A DNA stretch of 64,000 nt from Octopus vulgaris (taxonomy: Eukaryota). Where the stretch lies: positions 67,642,001-67,706,000 of the forward strand of contig OX597816.1 of assembly GCA_951406725.2 (NCBI GenBank). Reading direction: 5' to 3'. The position numbers and the translations under genes are program-made. The notes beneath the pieces are model-generated. The model made no database searches. It had not been told where the DNA came from and was given only the letters and a program-made list of their open reading frames with translations. Positions 26,710-41,709 of the stretch are shown here, piece after piece (within the stretch, counting starts at the first letter, position 1; every line of letters begins with the position of its first letter).

Positions 26710-26900
26710 TTGTCTCCCCACCATCGCTTGATAACCAATACTAGTGTGTTTACGTCCCCGTAACTTAACGGTTCGGCTAAAGAGACCGATAGAATAAGTA
26801 CTGGGCTTACAAAGAATAAGTCCTGGGGTCGATTTGCTCGACTAAAAGCGGTGCTCCAGCATGGCCACAGTCAAATGACTGAAACAAGTAAAGGAGTAAA
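26368..26900 (+). mobile_element. SINE family A copy interrupted by a hammerhead-bearing insert
   Basis: Head 26368-26510, foreign insert 26520-26680, tail 26700-26900. Confidence 0.85.
26612..26649 (-). ncRNA. Minimal hammerhead-like motif (A6-to-U variant, GUA triplet)
   Basis: Minus strand: TCTTT-CTGTGGA-A-GAGC-gtag-GCCC-GAAAC-GTA-AAAGA. Perfect 5-bp stem I, one stem II mismatch; lies in a ~160-bp insert (26520-26680) within the (TA)n spacer of a SINE. Confidence 0.55.
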
Positions 26901-27039
26901 AGGGTTGTGGTTGTTTTTGACTGAATCATCACAGAGAAAACATATTGAATAATGGCGTTCCAGTTGTGACCAACCCGCCTTTTTGTTACAGACAGTGTAT
27001 CTACAACTACATTATACATCAGAAATTCATACGTCTGTC

Positions 27040-27095
<56 letters not shown>

Positions 27096-27736
27096 TTGTC
27101 TCCCCACCATCGCTTGACAACCGATGCTGGTGTATTTACGTCTCCATAACTTTGCGGTTCGGCAAAAAAGAGACCGATAGAATAAGTACTAGGCTTACCA
27201 AGAATAAGTCCTGGAGTCGATTTGCTCGATTAGAGGCGGTACTCCAGCATGGTCGCAGTCAAATGACTGAAACAAAAGAAGAAAAAAAAGAATACTGTCA
27301 ATAACGAAGACTTAAAAACCAATAGATTCTGTGCTACTGTTTGCAATTATTTACCCTTTTTAGCCATTGTAAGCAGCAAGACCGTTGCGCAATTGGCTCA
27401 AATTGATCTAGTATACATAATTCTATATCTTTCCATTTTTTTTTTGTTTACCGTAGAGCTTGACGTTAGAGTTTGTTGCTATTACTAGTGTGTAAAGCGA
27501 CCGTGTAAAGAATACAAACATTAAAAACTAACTGCGCCTTTCAAAAGATAAACAAATGCAGACGATATGTTTTTCAGATTCCTTAAATGTTGTTGTCAAT
27601 GAAATGACTTGTATAGTAAACTATTACCATCTACCATTCACAACAGATACTGCATAAAACCACTGCATTTCCTATGTTCACATATTTCACATATCCGGTT
27701 TTTAAGTCCACAGCTGTTGGATGTACTCATATTTGT

Positions 27737-27822
<86 letters not shown>

Positions 27823-28956
27823 ACCTTGATGATGAATGAGTCAGCCCCTTTAGAACATAAAGAGTCAACGTTGGCCGTCATCTTTCGTGCGTGTTAGCTA
27901 CCATGTTTTAAACGAGATTATTTATTTTTCTTTTACTTGTTTCAATCATTGGACTGCGGCCATGTTAGGGCACTGCCTCGAAGGGTTTAGTGGAACAAAT
28001 TGACCCAAGTACTTTTTTTTTAAAGCCTGGTATATATTCTATCGGTCACATTTGCCGAACTGCTAAGTTACGGGGGTGGGCATAAACAAACTATATTTTA
28101 TTGGTGGGATAATGGAAATTTGTGACAGCCATGCCTTTGACATAAGACATTTGCGCCTTATGAAGTGACGAGCAAAACGCCCCACCCCCGTCCAATGGAG
28201 GCAAAGTCGACCTCGGCGGAATTTGAACTCAGAACGTAAAGAGAGACGAAAAACTGCTAAGCATTTCGCCCGGCGTGCTAACGTTTCTGCCAGCTCGCCG
28301 CTTTCACAGTTTCTATCTACCAATTTCCCGCCCAAGGTATTGATTGGCTATAGTAGAGGATATTTACAGAAGATGCCGAGTAGTAGGACTAAAGCAAAAA
28401 CCCCGTAGTTGCAAAACTATCTTAACCACAAAACCGTGCCTAAACAACATAAGTGCAACACTGATAACACAAGATTCAATCTCTACAGGAAAAAAGCATG
28501 TGTGCTCCATCCGATCAATTTCTAGTTTCCTTACACCTTCATCAGAAAACAAATTATCTCCTGTCTACGGAGAAATCAGTGGCTTATAAAGACCATATAT
28601 ACTGGTGTATAAGACGCACTTTTTAAATTTCTAAATGTATCAAAATTTTACCCTGAGTCTACTGGGTCAACACGTCAAAAAGCAGACCGACTGCCGTGGG
28701 CTTGTGAGTCGGATAAGCGTAAATCTGCTTGGCACAATAATTGTCGCTAATAGAAAAAAATATTGAAAAACAAGGCTAAATATCAGTCTTTTAGCAAAGA
28801 CTGACGAAAAATTCCTCGTTACACCCGCAGTTATGTAGGGGGAAAGCGCTTCATCTCATAATACTTCCTTCCTCATAAAACCATATTAATTAATGTATCT
28901 GTAACCTTTAAGAAATATTTGTTATTAATTGTCTAAAGGAAAAACTCATACTAAAT

Positions 28957-29160
28957 TACGGAGATGTACTTGCGTAGCGAGTGACTTGATCTGAGATCGT
29001 GTGCTGGAACGAAAACAATTGCAGCGTGGAAGGTGTTTATAAGCCATTTAAGAAACACACAAAAACCGTTAGATTCACTTCAATATTTAAATTTAATTTG
29101 TGAAAATATTTTCGTCACTTTGAGACCGCAACCTTTCACTGACAAAACTTCATGCTGCAT
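28957..29160 (-). mobile_element. Second copy of the G3-C8 hammerhead element (single arm, degenerate ribozyme)
   Basis: ttacggagatgtacttgc...cactgacaaaacttc matches 57812-58010; the hammerhead at about 29097-29145 has lost C8 and has stem mismatches. Confidence 0.75.
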
Positions 29161-30083
29161 TTTGTTTCATAAAATATCCTTGTATAGTAGGGGTGCATCG
29201 TATACATCAACATATATCATATTCATAGTGTAAGCAAATTAATATGGGTATTCTTTCACTGATAAAAGATTTAAGACTAGAAACTAGCAAGATCGTCCCA
29301 TATTTTCTGGCCACAATGAATCAAAACCATGTGGTACAATGTTTAGTTTTCATAACAATAGTAACATTACATGTTAGTTATAAAAGATATACCGCACATC
29401 TTTGAGATTTAAGAGTTTCTTTTGCAAAATTCGAGCCAGTTGCACAAACAAAATGACATGGCTTCTTTGTTTAATTCAGTATAGCTCTTGGAATTTATGG
29501 ATATCCGAATTATTTGTGAGCACATATGTATGCGTTTGTCTGCATTTTTATAGTGAGTATCCTTATCAGTTTAGTACGAAAGTGTATATACTTTATTGCT
29601 GTTTATGTGCGTATGTGTCTGTACATATTTCATATGTACGCAGTGCCATCTTAAACAATGAGCACATTAGGCAATTGCCCGGGCCCTAACGGGTCTAGGA
29701 TCCCCAATTCTGATCTATATATGCTGTGATTTCCCTGTAAATAGATATATAATATAGAGCCTAGTACATCGATTTGCCCAAGGGCCTATAATTTTGTAAA
29801 GACATGTATGACTGTATGCATGCATGTATGTATGTATGTATGTCGAAACTGAAGCTCTACTCCACCGCCATTCTGAATTTTGCGTCTTTCTGCTTTTAAC
29901 CGCAGTGATGCGACGGAGAAGCCATTTCCCCATTTCGAATAAAATGAATAAACCCTACAGTACATTCAAGCGCTCGCCCGCGTGAATGTTGTTTGTGTGC
30001 ATGCGTGCGTAAACGATTTCGGCGTGTTGTTTTGTAAGATAGACATTAAATCGGAAACGTCACTGTCTACAACATATTTTTGT

Positions 30084-30124
<41 letters not shown>

Positions 30125-30284
30125 TATGTTATTCTTTCGTTTCGATTCTAAAAAGCAAAAAAAACAAAAAACAAAACGTAAACATAAAAGAAACAAAATA
30201 TAAAGTCAACAAAATATACTCTTAAATATCTTCTCTGGCTAGTTCCTGTATCACTGCTGTCTATCACACATACACACACATTGA

Positions 30285-31160
<876 letters not shown>

Positions 31161-31897
31161 AAATTTGCAGCTGGCCTGTTCGGATATGTAAATTAGCTAG
31201 CAAAAACTTCGAATGCGTCAGCAGAAATTTGGTAAACAGAGTCCAACAGAAGGCAATATATTTCTCTGTTTTACATGTCAAGTTTCATTCCGGGACACTT
31301 GTTTTCTCTTTTCCTCTGTATTTTATTTAATTTTGTTCCTCCATTTCGTGTTGCAAAACTTGTAGATCTTATTAATGCCCTCCAAGAACGAAAGCAGTAT
31401 CCTTGTTACTTAAATATCTAAGTGTGATTAATATCTAAACGCCTCAGTTAATTACATTCCCGTAAAACTTGTAAACTTTCAAGCTCTTAACCTCTTCTTT
31501 ATTCAGGCTATTAACCTCATCTTTCGATCGGTTGATTGCCAGTCGTCATCAGTTGTTTTATTCTTTGATATGTAAATACTGTCAGGCTCTGCTTTATCTG
31601 AACTCACGAACTTTGTAGATATTTGTTGGCGGGAACATCCACCAAATAACAAGGTCTCTGTTTACTGTCAATTAGAATCTTAGCCTGGTTGGAGGTTTCA
31701 GTTCAAGGTTTAGGCTCAATTAGTTGATGGTTCCTTATCCTTGTATTCTTTTCTACAATCACCATGTAAAACTGACCAACCAATGGTAACAGTAGTTAGA
31801 ATTCCTTGATATTGAGTAAGAAAGGGTGAATCGCCACATCGTTTGCTCATAGGACTAAATACCGCTTTCTTATATATATATATATATATATACACAA

Positions 31898-32057
31898 AGG
31901 CGCAGGAGTGGCTGTGGTAAGTAGCTTGCTTACCACCACATGGTTCCGGGTTCAGTCCCACTCCATGGCACCTTGGACTAGTGTCTTCTACTATAGCCTC
32001 TGGTCGGCCAAAGCCTAGTGAGTGGATTTGGTTGACGGAAACTGAAAGAAGCACGTC

Positions 32058-32101
<44 letters not shown>

Positions 32102-32305
32102 GCGTGTGTGTCTGTGTTTGTTCCCCCACCATCATTTGACAACCGATGCTGGTGTGTTTGCGTCCCCGTAACTTAGCGGTTCGGCAAAAGAGACTGATAG
32201 AATAAGTACTAGGCTTACAAAGAATAAGTCCTGGGGTCGATTTGCTCGACTAAAGGCGGTGCTCCAGCATGGCCGCAGTCAAATGACTGAAACAAGTAGA
32301 AGAGT
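31898..32305 (+). mobile_element. SINE family A copy
   Basis: Full head, spacer and tail. Confidence 0.9.
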
Positions 32306-32307
32306 AA

Positions 32308-32373
<66 letters not shown>

Positions 32374-32983
32374 TCCTCATCAGCGTCTCCGTCATCATCA
32401 CAAAGTCCCCGTCGTTGTCAACATCCTCATCGTCTCCGTCGTGGTCGTCATCCATATAACTGTCCCTTTCTCCAGCATCATTTCGATCATTATCCTGACT
32501 CCTTTTTTCTGTAATTATTGTTGTTATTATTTGCTATTCTTATCATCAAAGAACAGATTTTTCACATAAATCAACGTCTCTAAGCAAATTCCAAATTCCT
32601 GTTTTCCCATAACTCTAAAGTTTCGTGCCTAATTAGGAAATAATTTCCTTTAATTCAATGAATTACATTACGTTCACTGTCTCCACCAAGATATCAAAAT
32701 CAAACGACGACGACGACGACGACGGTGATGATGTTGGAACTCATTTTGCTTTGTCTTGTTTTTCGAGTGTTTTTATTTTTATATTTTAGTTTCCTTTGAA
32801 TTTATTTATGTATTTATTTATTTATTTTTCTCTCTGTGTAAGTTTGTGCTTGTCACAACACGAAACAGTATTAATGAATGATATTAGACGAGAAAAGACA
32901 ACAACAACAAGGCACACAAACGAAATAGCTACTTCCACTCTCCACCCCATCCATATTCTCCCCCCACCCAATAATTTAACTGA

Positions 32984-33030
<47 letters not shown>

Positions 33031-33031
<1 letters not shown>

Positions 33032-33387
33032 GAGTGAGAGAGCAGTGCATGCCATCAAAGTGACACTGGGGTAAAATATACGAAGCCCAGTATACCCATC
33101 ATGACTACCCGTCTGATAAGGGTACACTAGGCACATGCATCACAACCATATGTGCGCGACATGGTGATCTCATATCAAAATAAACAGCACATGACCTTGC
33201 AGGTGGGGCCCAGTTAGAATTTTCTTCAGGTCGAGTAACCCATCCCACTCGAAAGGTCCCTGAATAAGGGTTGTTTAAGGATGTTGAACGAAACACCCAT
33301 GTTTCCAGAGGTGAATTATTCAAACCCCCAAAGAATCCCTCTCAACACATGGCTATGATGCTCCCCCACTACTTCTGCTCGTGATCG
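33031..33387 (-). mobile_element. LINE/SINE 3' end with (AAT)n tail
   Basis: GC-richer 350-bp segment directly abutting (ATT)n at 32985-33031, i.e. a minus-strand retroposed 3' end with a simple-repeat tail. Confidence 0.5.
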
Positions 33388-34503
33388 CGAGACAAATGGT
33401 ATCATTCCAGGTTTACAATCTTGTTACTATTTAACCCAGCAGGCCAATGACTGATCTAATGGCTATAGTAAAATATACTTGCCCAACCACGCAGTGAGAC
33501 TGAACCCGAAACCATGTAATTGATAAGCAAACTTCTTACTATATTAGCTATGTCAGTACCTGTTTTTTCTTTTTCTTTTTTTTTTTTTGTTATTATCAGT
33601 TATCCAGAGATTGGTATAATAAACAATCAGTCACATACTGGTGTCGATAAATTGGTCTATATCCTTCCTAAAGACCAAAACCTTGGGGCTAACTTAGTAA
33701 TATTTGGATTCTTTCTAGTTCCTCATTGTGACATCTTCATCTCCTTTTGATCACTAACTTTGAAAGAGGCATCAACGCCACAACACCTCAAATTTTCTCC
33801 CAAACCAAATAACAAGTCATAACTTTAGAAAACAAAATACAAGCTGTTGTTTTTACTTGGAAGCAACAAGTTAGCCTTGACAAAGCAGTCACTGACTAAA
33901 AAACCTTTTACTTCCTTTTAAGACCTCATTATCGAATTTATCTTTTCTTATTTGTGGCATGATGTGAGAGAGATTTAGCTGCTATCTCTATTAGGTCAAT
34001 CGTCTACGTAGAAGCTCCCATGCTTCCTTGTATTAGGTTTCTTTTGTATTACTTATGATGCACGGCAGTGGTACATCCTCTGAAAACCCGTATCTGTAGT
34101 ACGGTTTCGATTTCTCTTGCAAACTGACCCATTTCGTTGACGTCCCCTTAGGGATCTTGGATAAAAGGCGTCGTTATCGTTGTAACTCACAACCAGTCTT
34201 AACAATTCCACCGTCTCTGTCTCTTAAAAATCTCGTGTCTGTTACCGCTCCTCCTTCGGCATTGTTGATATCGAGCAGTCCTGCAATCTATTTTCTTACA
34301 TCACACAAACACGTATAATATGCACACCAATTTAAAAACCATACATACATACGTACGTATGTACATACATACATACATACATACCATAACATGTGGCATT
34401 TGAAAAAAAGCAACGCTTGATGTTGTATGTTACAACATAGCTTGGTGTTAGATGGTTCATAGTCTGCATAGCATTTACCACCATCTTTGTTACCAGTATT
34501 TTC

Positions 34504-34550
<47 letters not shown>

Positions 34551-34967
34551 CATCATCTTATAGGTTACACAACTAAAGAAATTTTCAAGCTTCCATTTAA
34601 TCTAAAGGCATACATACGATAGCATACGCATCATCCACGTATACTCACAAACATACAAAACATACACACATTTACACATCACTCTCTCACTCAGACACAC
34701 ACACACAGTTTACATATTCGTACATATTTTCACACATACACGCAATTACATTCACACTCGTATATATGATTACACATACAAGAAGATACAAACGCATTCA
34801 TATATATGGTTACAGATACAAAGAAATACGCACTCATATAAAGTCTCTTACAGAGATTTTTATAACTAGCTTCTTTGCTTGTTGCAAGATCAGCGGCTGA
34901 ATGCCGCTTGAATTTCTATATATTGTGAACAGAAGCGAGTTACTGCCATTTCTAGCCGACGAGGTGT

Positions 34968-35017
34968 CCAGCACTGAGGAAGAGCAGAAACAGCTCGAAA
35001 CCAAGCTGGTCTACTGG
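34968..35017 (+). ncRNA. Type-I hammerhead ribozyme motif with canonical GUC triplet and 4-bp stem III
   Basis: CCAGCA-CTGAGGA-A-GAGC-agaaaca-GCTC-GAAA-CCA-agc-TGG-TC-TACTGG; one mismatch in stem I. The host element runs to a short (TA)n at about 35180. Confidence 0.8.
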
Positions 35018-35201
35018 TCCTGTCGCTAAGTGGTAGGGGTTCGCTCCTTTGCTCTCAATATATCGGATGCAGGATGCATCCTTAATCAGCTAGAGGAAAT
35101 ACCCTCTCGGGGTTAAAAAAATCACAGAAACATCCGTTCGAACGGAATAGCCATGTTGAAGTGGTGACAAACATTACTATATATATAAAATGTATGTATG
35201 T

Positions 35202-35472
35202 GGAGGCGCAATGGCCCAGTGGTTAGGATCGCGGTTTCGATTCCCAGACCGGGCGTTGTGTGTGTTTATTGAGCGAAAACACCTAAAAAGCTCCACGAAG
35301 CTCCGGCAGGGAGTGATGGAGACCCCTGTTATACTCTTTCGCCACAACTTTCACTCTCTTTCTCTTCTTATTTCTTGAGTAACGCTGCGACGGACTGGCG
35401 TCCCGTCGATCTGGGGGGACGCATACGCCACAGAAACTGGGCCCATGAACCTGGCTAGGCTTGAAAAGGGTA
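35202..35472 (+). mobile_element. SINE family C head/body with a third 3' tail
   Basis: Head has an internal deletion; tail is gagtaacgctgcgacggactggcgtcccgtc...gaaactgggccc. Confidence 0.8.
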
Positions 35473-35481
35473 ATGTTTATC

Positions 35482-35550
<69 letters not shown>

Positions 35551-37747
35551 CATGCTCAGATACATACACATTTATGTGTTCACAGCAAGCAAACTCACAG
35601 CTAAGTCAAAATCTTGTCAGTTCACGCTTGTTTAGCTTCGATAACAACGCAAAATATTTTTTAAAGTTATGGTTGCAAAGATAAGACAATGGAGCACTGT
35701 ACTACAAGTATTACAATAATTAGTTTTTCCACTATTTAGTTCCAATTCAAATTTCGTCTGAGCCGATTTATTAAAATAAGTACCAGGCATTTATTTGGGT
35801 CACTTAATCTCCTCCAATCAGTCCATGCAAAATTCAGCCATTGGTACCAGATCAATCCAGTTAACATTCAGACCATAAACCAGTTATGAATAGATAGATA
35901 CCAGACCAATATGATGAGCTCTTAGATAGCATTCTACCCGGGTGTTATGTTTAGGTAGAAGAAAATAGTTAAACTTCAGATCACAGGAACCGGTTCCAAA
36001 TCAGTCTAATTGATACACACATGTATATACACAAACGAACAAATAAATATATATAATTTATATATATAATCTATGACGGCCTTCGTATAGTTTTCGTCTG
36101 CCAAATTCGCTCACAAGGCATTAATCAGAACGAGGCTATAGTAGGCGTTTTAGACACACACAGTGGGACTAAACCGGAGACCACGTGCTTGCGAAACAGT
36201 CTACCAGTCCAGTCCAGTCCGCCAATTGGTTCAAGAATAACCTTCAAATAAATCTCGGATCACAGTCCAGTTATTTATCAGGAATAAGCTACTATATCAA
36301 TGGGATCAAAGCTCAGTCCACAGTCTCTCAAACTGTTCGCCAAGCTGTGAAGGACAGGCACAAGACCAAATCTTGTACTTACGTGCAAACTGCGGACCGC
36401 GAGACTATTCTGAAATTTTTTAGTAATACAGCCCACTTGATGATGAGATCTGTTTATGCGACCCGCTCCTCGAAGAAAGTTTCCCCTTGATCTAGACCCT
36501 TGAATTTAAGATTACAGTTCACCTGGCTGTCAAAAATAGGGATCAAATCGATATGGTTAGCCATCGTACAGTCCACTCATCATTCCATATAATTGCCAGC
36601 CTGGATCAGTTTCAGACTTCAGTACACCTCGCTAAGAATAAGTACCTGATTACCCAGTTAATCTTAAACAATTCACCTAACTCGGAAATAGGTACCTTAG
36701 TTATCTTGTCATTAGATATAGATTTTGGTTCTGCTTATAAACTATTTTTCCAGCACAGAATATATATCTTCGACAACGTGAACTTTCTCGAGCACACGAG
36801 ACTCCCATAATACAGACATGCTACATTTAATTTATCGCACACCCTAGAACAATAGACTCAATTGATTGGCATGTAAAGATATAAAACAATGAATCATCAG
36901 CTATATTGATTTAAGAGACATTTATGCTATTTATAGGTGAACTAAGAGAGTAAGTCATTATAGGGATTCGAACCGGGGCTGCAGACTAGGTTCACTACGA
37001 CATTCCTTCAAGGTAAAAAATAAAGATGCAATACTAACAAAATATCGTGACCTATTTTTACTAGAATTCTCAGCTAGATCAGTTTAAGTTAGCTTTACCA
37101 AGTCGTTAGCATTATCCAATTTGTAACAAAAAAGAACAAATGTACAGAAACCGGAAGTAATATGGCGTGAACAGGAAGTAATAAGGCGTGAGACCTATAA
37201 AAAAAGCTTACTGTGTAGTTTTTTTTCCCAAAAGAATGATGCATAGGGGGTTTCGTTTTATATTTTAAGGGATCGTATAAACAGTAGCATTGAATATAAT
37301 CCTAGGGGACAGACATAAATGACGAAGAAAGCCATTAAAAATACAAACAATGAACATAGAATAAGGTTTATTTTTCAGCTAGGCTAGGGCGGCTAATCAT
37401 TAAGAATGTAAGTCAATTATATTCAAGTCGAAATTTGTCTCCCACTTGTTCATTTGGCCATTGAATTTACTATGTATATCCCAGATCTTTCATCAATGAC
37501 ATTTCTAAATAAGGAAAGATTGAATTAACTCATTTCCTTTAAACACACACACAAACAAACACACACACACAAACACACACACACACAGTGAGGGGTAGAA
37601 AAGGAAACACACCATAAGAATGTTTAGGAAGTTTGATATTAAGAAGGAGCAAAAAGTAAATTTGATTTGCCTCCCACAGGCTATTAGTCAGTCACTCAGT
37701 GGATTAGTGTAGTTATTCGGAAGTATTTCATTATCTTGACCTTCAAT

Positions 37748-37919
37748 CAGTGGCGTAGCTAGGGTGCGTGCCACTCGGGGCAGCCCTTGAGGTTGACACT
37801 GAGGAGTCGGTGTCTATATAGCCTATACAAGCTTATACAGTAGACTCAAAAGTGTCGCCCCTATAAACTCGACGCCCGGGTTGGACCTTCCCTCTTTGTA
37901 CCTTCTAGTTACGCCACTG
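37748..37919. mobile_element. Short MITE, PIF/Harbinger-like
   Basis: TIRs CAGTGGCGTAGCTAG / CTAGTTACGCCACTG; diverged relatives at about 4508-4676 and 49334-49511. Confidence 0.65.
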
Positions 37920-38876
37920 TCTTCTATTAGTATCAGATACAATGTCCTTCAAAGCTAACAACATCTGGGGTCGCTACCCCTGACAAGTATAGTGTGACCG
38001 TTGGTGTTTACACATTAAGTCTCCCCTTAAATCTGGAGCAGCACTAAGAAGATTCCTCTAGAATTCTCAGTTATTTATTTCCTTATTGCCCACAGGGGGA
38101 TAAACATAGAGGAGACAAACAAGGACAGACAAAGGGATTAAGTCGATAACACTAACCCTAACCCTAACCCCAGTGCGTAACTGGTACTTATTTAAACGAA
38201 CCCGAAAGGATGAAAGGCAAAGTCGACCTCGGCGGAATTTGAATTCAGAACGTAGCGGCAGACGAAATACCTATTTCTTTACTACCCACAAGGGGCTAAA
38301 CACAGAGAGGACAAACAAGGTCAGACAAACGGATTAAGTCGATTACATCGACCCCAGTGCGTAACTGGTGCTTATTTAATCGACCCCGAAAGGATGAAGA
38401 GCAAAGTCGACCTCGGCGGAATTTGAACTCAGAACGTAACGGCAGACGGAATACCGCCAAGCATTTCGCCCGGCGAGCTAACGCTTCTGCCATTTTCTCA
38501 CTGGAAGAACCCTCGGGGACATGTGTATCAACTGATAAAACTGGTTCCAGTATATCCCCTTTGCGCCCTTATTATTCTAACTCTACAATTATGTTTAGAT
38601 ATATAAATCCCATGCTCTAAACGGATACCAATTTTTTGCCTGTTCATTATTTCTTCCTACAATGTGTCTATGTGTGGTGTGTGGTGTGTGTACGTATACA
38701 CGACAGGCGTCCTTATAGTTTCCATCTGTCAAATTCATTCACAAATTATTGCTCAACCGGGAGCTGTTGTACAAGACATTTGCAACAGTTGCCGCATTGT
38801 GGGGCTAAGCACGAGACTACTTAAGTGCTTGCGAACCAAATTTCTTAATCCTACTGCAACGTCTGCACAGACACAT

Positions 38877-38919
<43 letters not shown>

Positions 38920-39850
38920 GCGACTCCAGGTCATCGGCGTCTCACTCGGACTCATCACAGAATTCGCATAAGACACGTATAAAAGAAGGTAAAAGTCTTA
39001 TATGTGCACTGATAATTTAACAATAAGACATAAATATAGTTTTAATATGTCTTTCTCTATTTCTAAATTAAGGGTAAAAATAAAGCGACCCTGCAAGACA
39101 TAACTGATCTTTACACACAAAAGCACACACTAACAGCAATCAAATAACGACAATGAGGAGCACAACAACCAACAACGATCTGACAGTCGCCTGTACTCTT
39201 GACAAGAGATGACAGTTGGTCTTTAACACCGACCAGGCTCGTTCATATTAACCTGAGTTACTGGATAATTTTTCGTTCCTTTAAGAATATTGTAGAGCAA
39301 AAACTTTTCATAGATTGGAATTTAAATCCTAATCTCTTAATAAATTTGTTGTTTCAAGAAGACATTGAATTTGAATTACTTTTGATTTTTACGATTATAG
39401 ATAACAACTCGGGCTGTAACTTCTGAGCACGAGTCAGGCGTGTGTAAACGATGTCGAGAGAACGTCTGCTACGAATGATATTTTTTGACTCAAGGTACCT
39501 TTCAGACGGCCGTCAGACGCTGAACGAAAGTAAATGAACTACGATCTGGCGCAATAAAAAGAGCCCAAGTTATTGGTTGCAATTACATACTTCAAGTCAG
39601 TGTTGGCAGAAATTAAGTCAGCTTGCAAATAAACGTTTACTTTACTAAATTTATGCTCCGGTTAAGCCCGAACAGCCCAAGTGCCGGAACAGCGCCTTAA
39701 AGAGATTTTTAAGAAATCGACCTCAGGACTTATTTTTTTGTAATTCTTGCACTTATTCTATCGGTCTCTTTCGTCGAACTGCTAAGTTACTGGGACGTAA
39801 ACACACCAACAACGGTTGTCAAGCGATGGTAGTGGGTAGGCAAACCCATA

Positions 39851-39908
<58 letters not shown>

Positions 39909-41709
39909 AGGTTTTGAGATGATGTACAGGTATTATATATTAGAAGAAATGAGGTAATCAGAAGATCGGATGGTTCATGTTTATAGATATTTATTTATAT
40001 ATTACATTTTTTACATATATATATATATCATATCATTCAGATCATATCATTCAGATTATTAGCGCTTTCTCCCATTCCAGTGGGGTTTTCAAATCAAATC
40101 AATTCCTTTGTGGGGAATTTGGTCATTTTATGGAGTTTCGTAGTAGTGAGGAGGAACAAGATAGTAGATGAGGAGGAAGTGAGAGAGAGAACATGTGTGT
40201 ATGTGTATGTGTGTGTGTGTGCGCGTTTGTATCTGAGTCTAAAGAGGGAAAGGGGAAGGGAGAGGGAAGAAGAAGAAGGATTTCCTTTGGCCTGTTGGAC
40301 ACACACGATGGGCTTCTTTCAGTTTCCGTCTACCAAATCCACTCACAAGGTTTTGGTCATTCCGAAGCAATAGTAAAAGACACCTACCCAAGGTGCCACG
40401 TAGTGGGACTGAAACCGGAACCATGTGGTTGGGAAGCAAGCTTCTTATTACACAGCCATATCACGTAACACATCATAAAATATATAGGACCTGTGAGATA
40501 AGTCACAAAGCTCCAGTATTTTTTTAGGGAAACGAAGCACTTATAGAAACTTTAAGGTAGCTTCTGTACACCAATACCACCATTGTCATCAGTAGTAGTA
40601 GTAGTAGTAGTAGTAGGAGGAGGAGGAGGTGGAGTCACGATCTATCTTCAATTACGATGTTAATAGCTACTTCATTTATGCATGAAGTAGGTTTACGGCG
40701 GGAAAGAGAACTGTTGAGTATTCTAAGTAGCGTCTGTCAGTGTTTCCAAATAAGGAAGCGATACAACACGTCAGTGTACTTGATATACGTGGCCCTGCTG
40801 TGCGGTCAAAGAATCACTTAATACAAAGCTAACGAGGGAGTTTGTCTACATAATCGCTAGACCCGATAGAAAAAGCAGCCAAATCTCCATGTCAAAGTTC
40901 ATTTTCTTACTTCAAAGGACGATATCGTGACGGTTGAAATGCTATTTATTATTATTATTATTAGACGTCTGCTTAGTCAGAGATGATCTGGGATTAAACT
41001 GTAACACAACAACTACTGGTATGGCTGTGTGGTTAAGAACTTCGCTCTGCAACCAAGTGGTTTCAAGTTTTGATCCACTGCGCGGCGTCTTGGACAAATG
41101 TCTTCTAGTATAGCCCAGGGCCAACCATAGCTTTGCGAGAGGATGTGATAGAAAACTGTGTGAAAGCTTGTTAATGTGTGTGCGTGTGTGTGTATGTGTG
41201 TGCGTGCGTGTGTTGCCTTCGCACTGCTGTTGGTTTGTTTACAGCCCTGTAACCCAGCACTTCGGTAAAAGAGATCGATAGAATATGTCACCAAACGAAA
41301 TTTAGTACCGAGGTCGATTTGTTCGACTGAAAGCCTTCGAGGCTGTACCCCAGCAAGGCCACAGTCCAATGACTAAAACAAGATTAAAAAAAGTACTTTC
41401 TGGGACGATAAATCAAGTAAGAGCGTAAGGCGATGGACTAGTACTTTATATAGCTAATCTGATAGGATGCGTCGTGGTGTTTATTCTAGCTTCTTGTTTT
41501 CCGAGTTCAAATTCCACTGTGATTGACTTAATCTGACGCCCGTTTTAGAAATTGCCGCCAAATCATTCTCGAATCACAACCTAATATCTTAAAAAGTGGG
41601 GCACAACAACTGGTAGAGGGGAAAGAGAAAAGAATTTATCTTGAAATAAAAACTGGCCCCATTTTGATTGAAGTCACTAACGGTAAAACCTAAGCTCCCA
41701 GTCAATATA

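Noticed and set aside
38153-38170. (TAACCC)3 telomeric repeat
   Set aside because: Only three units inside a SINE B copy; not a telomere.
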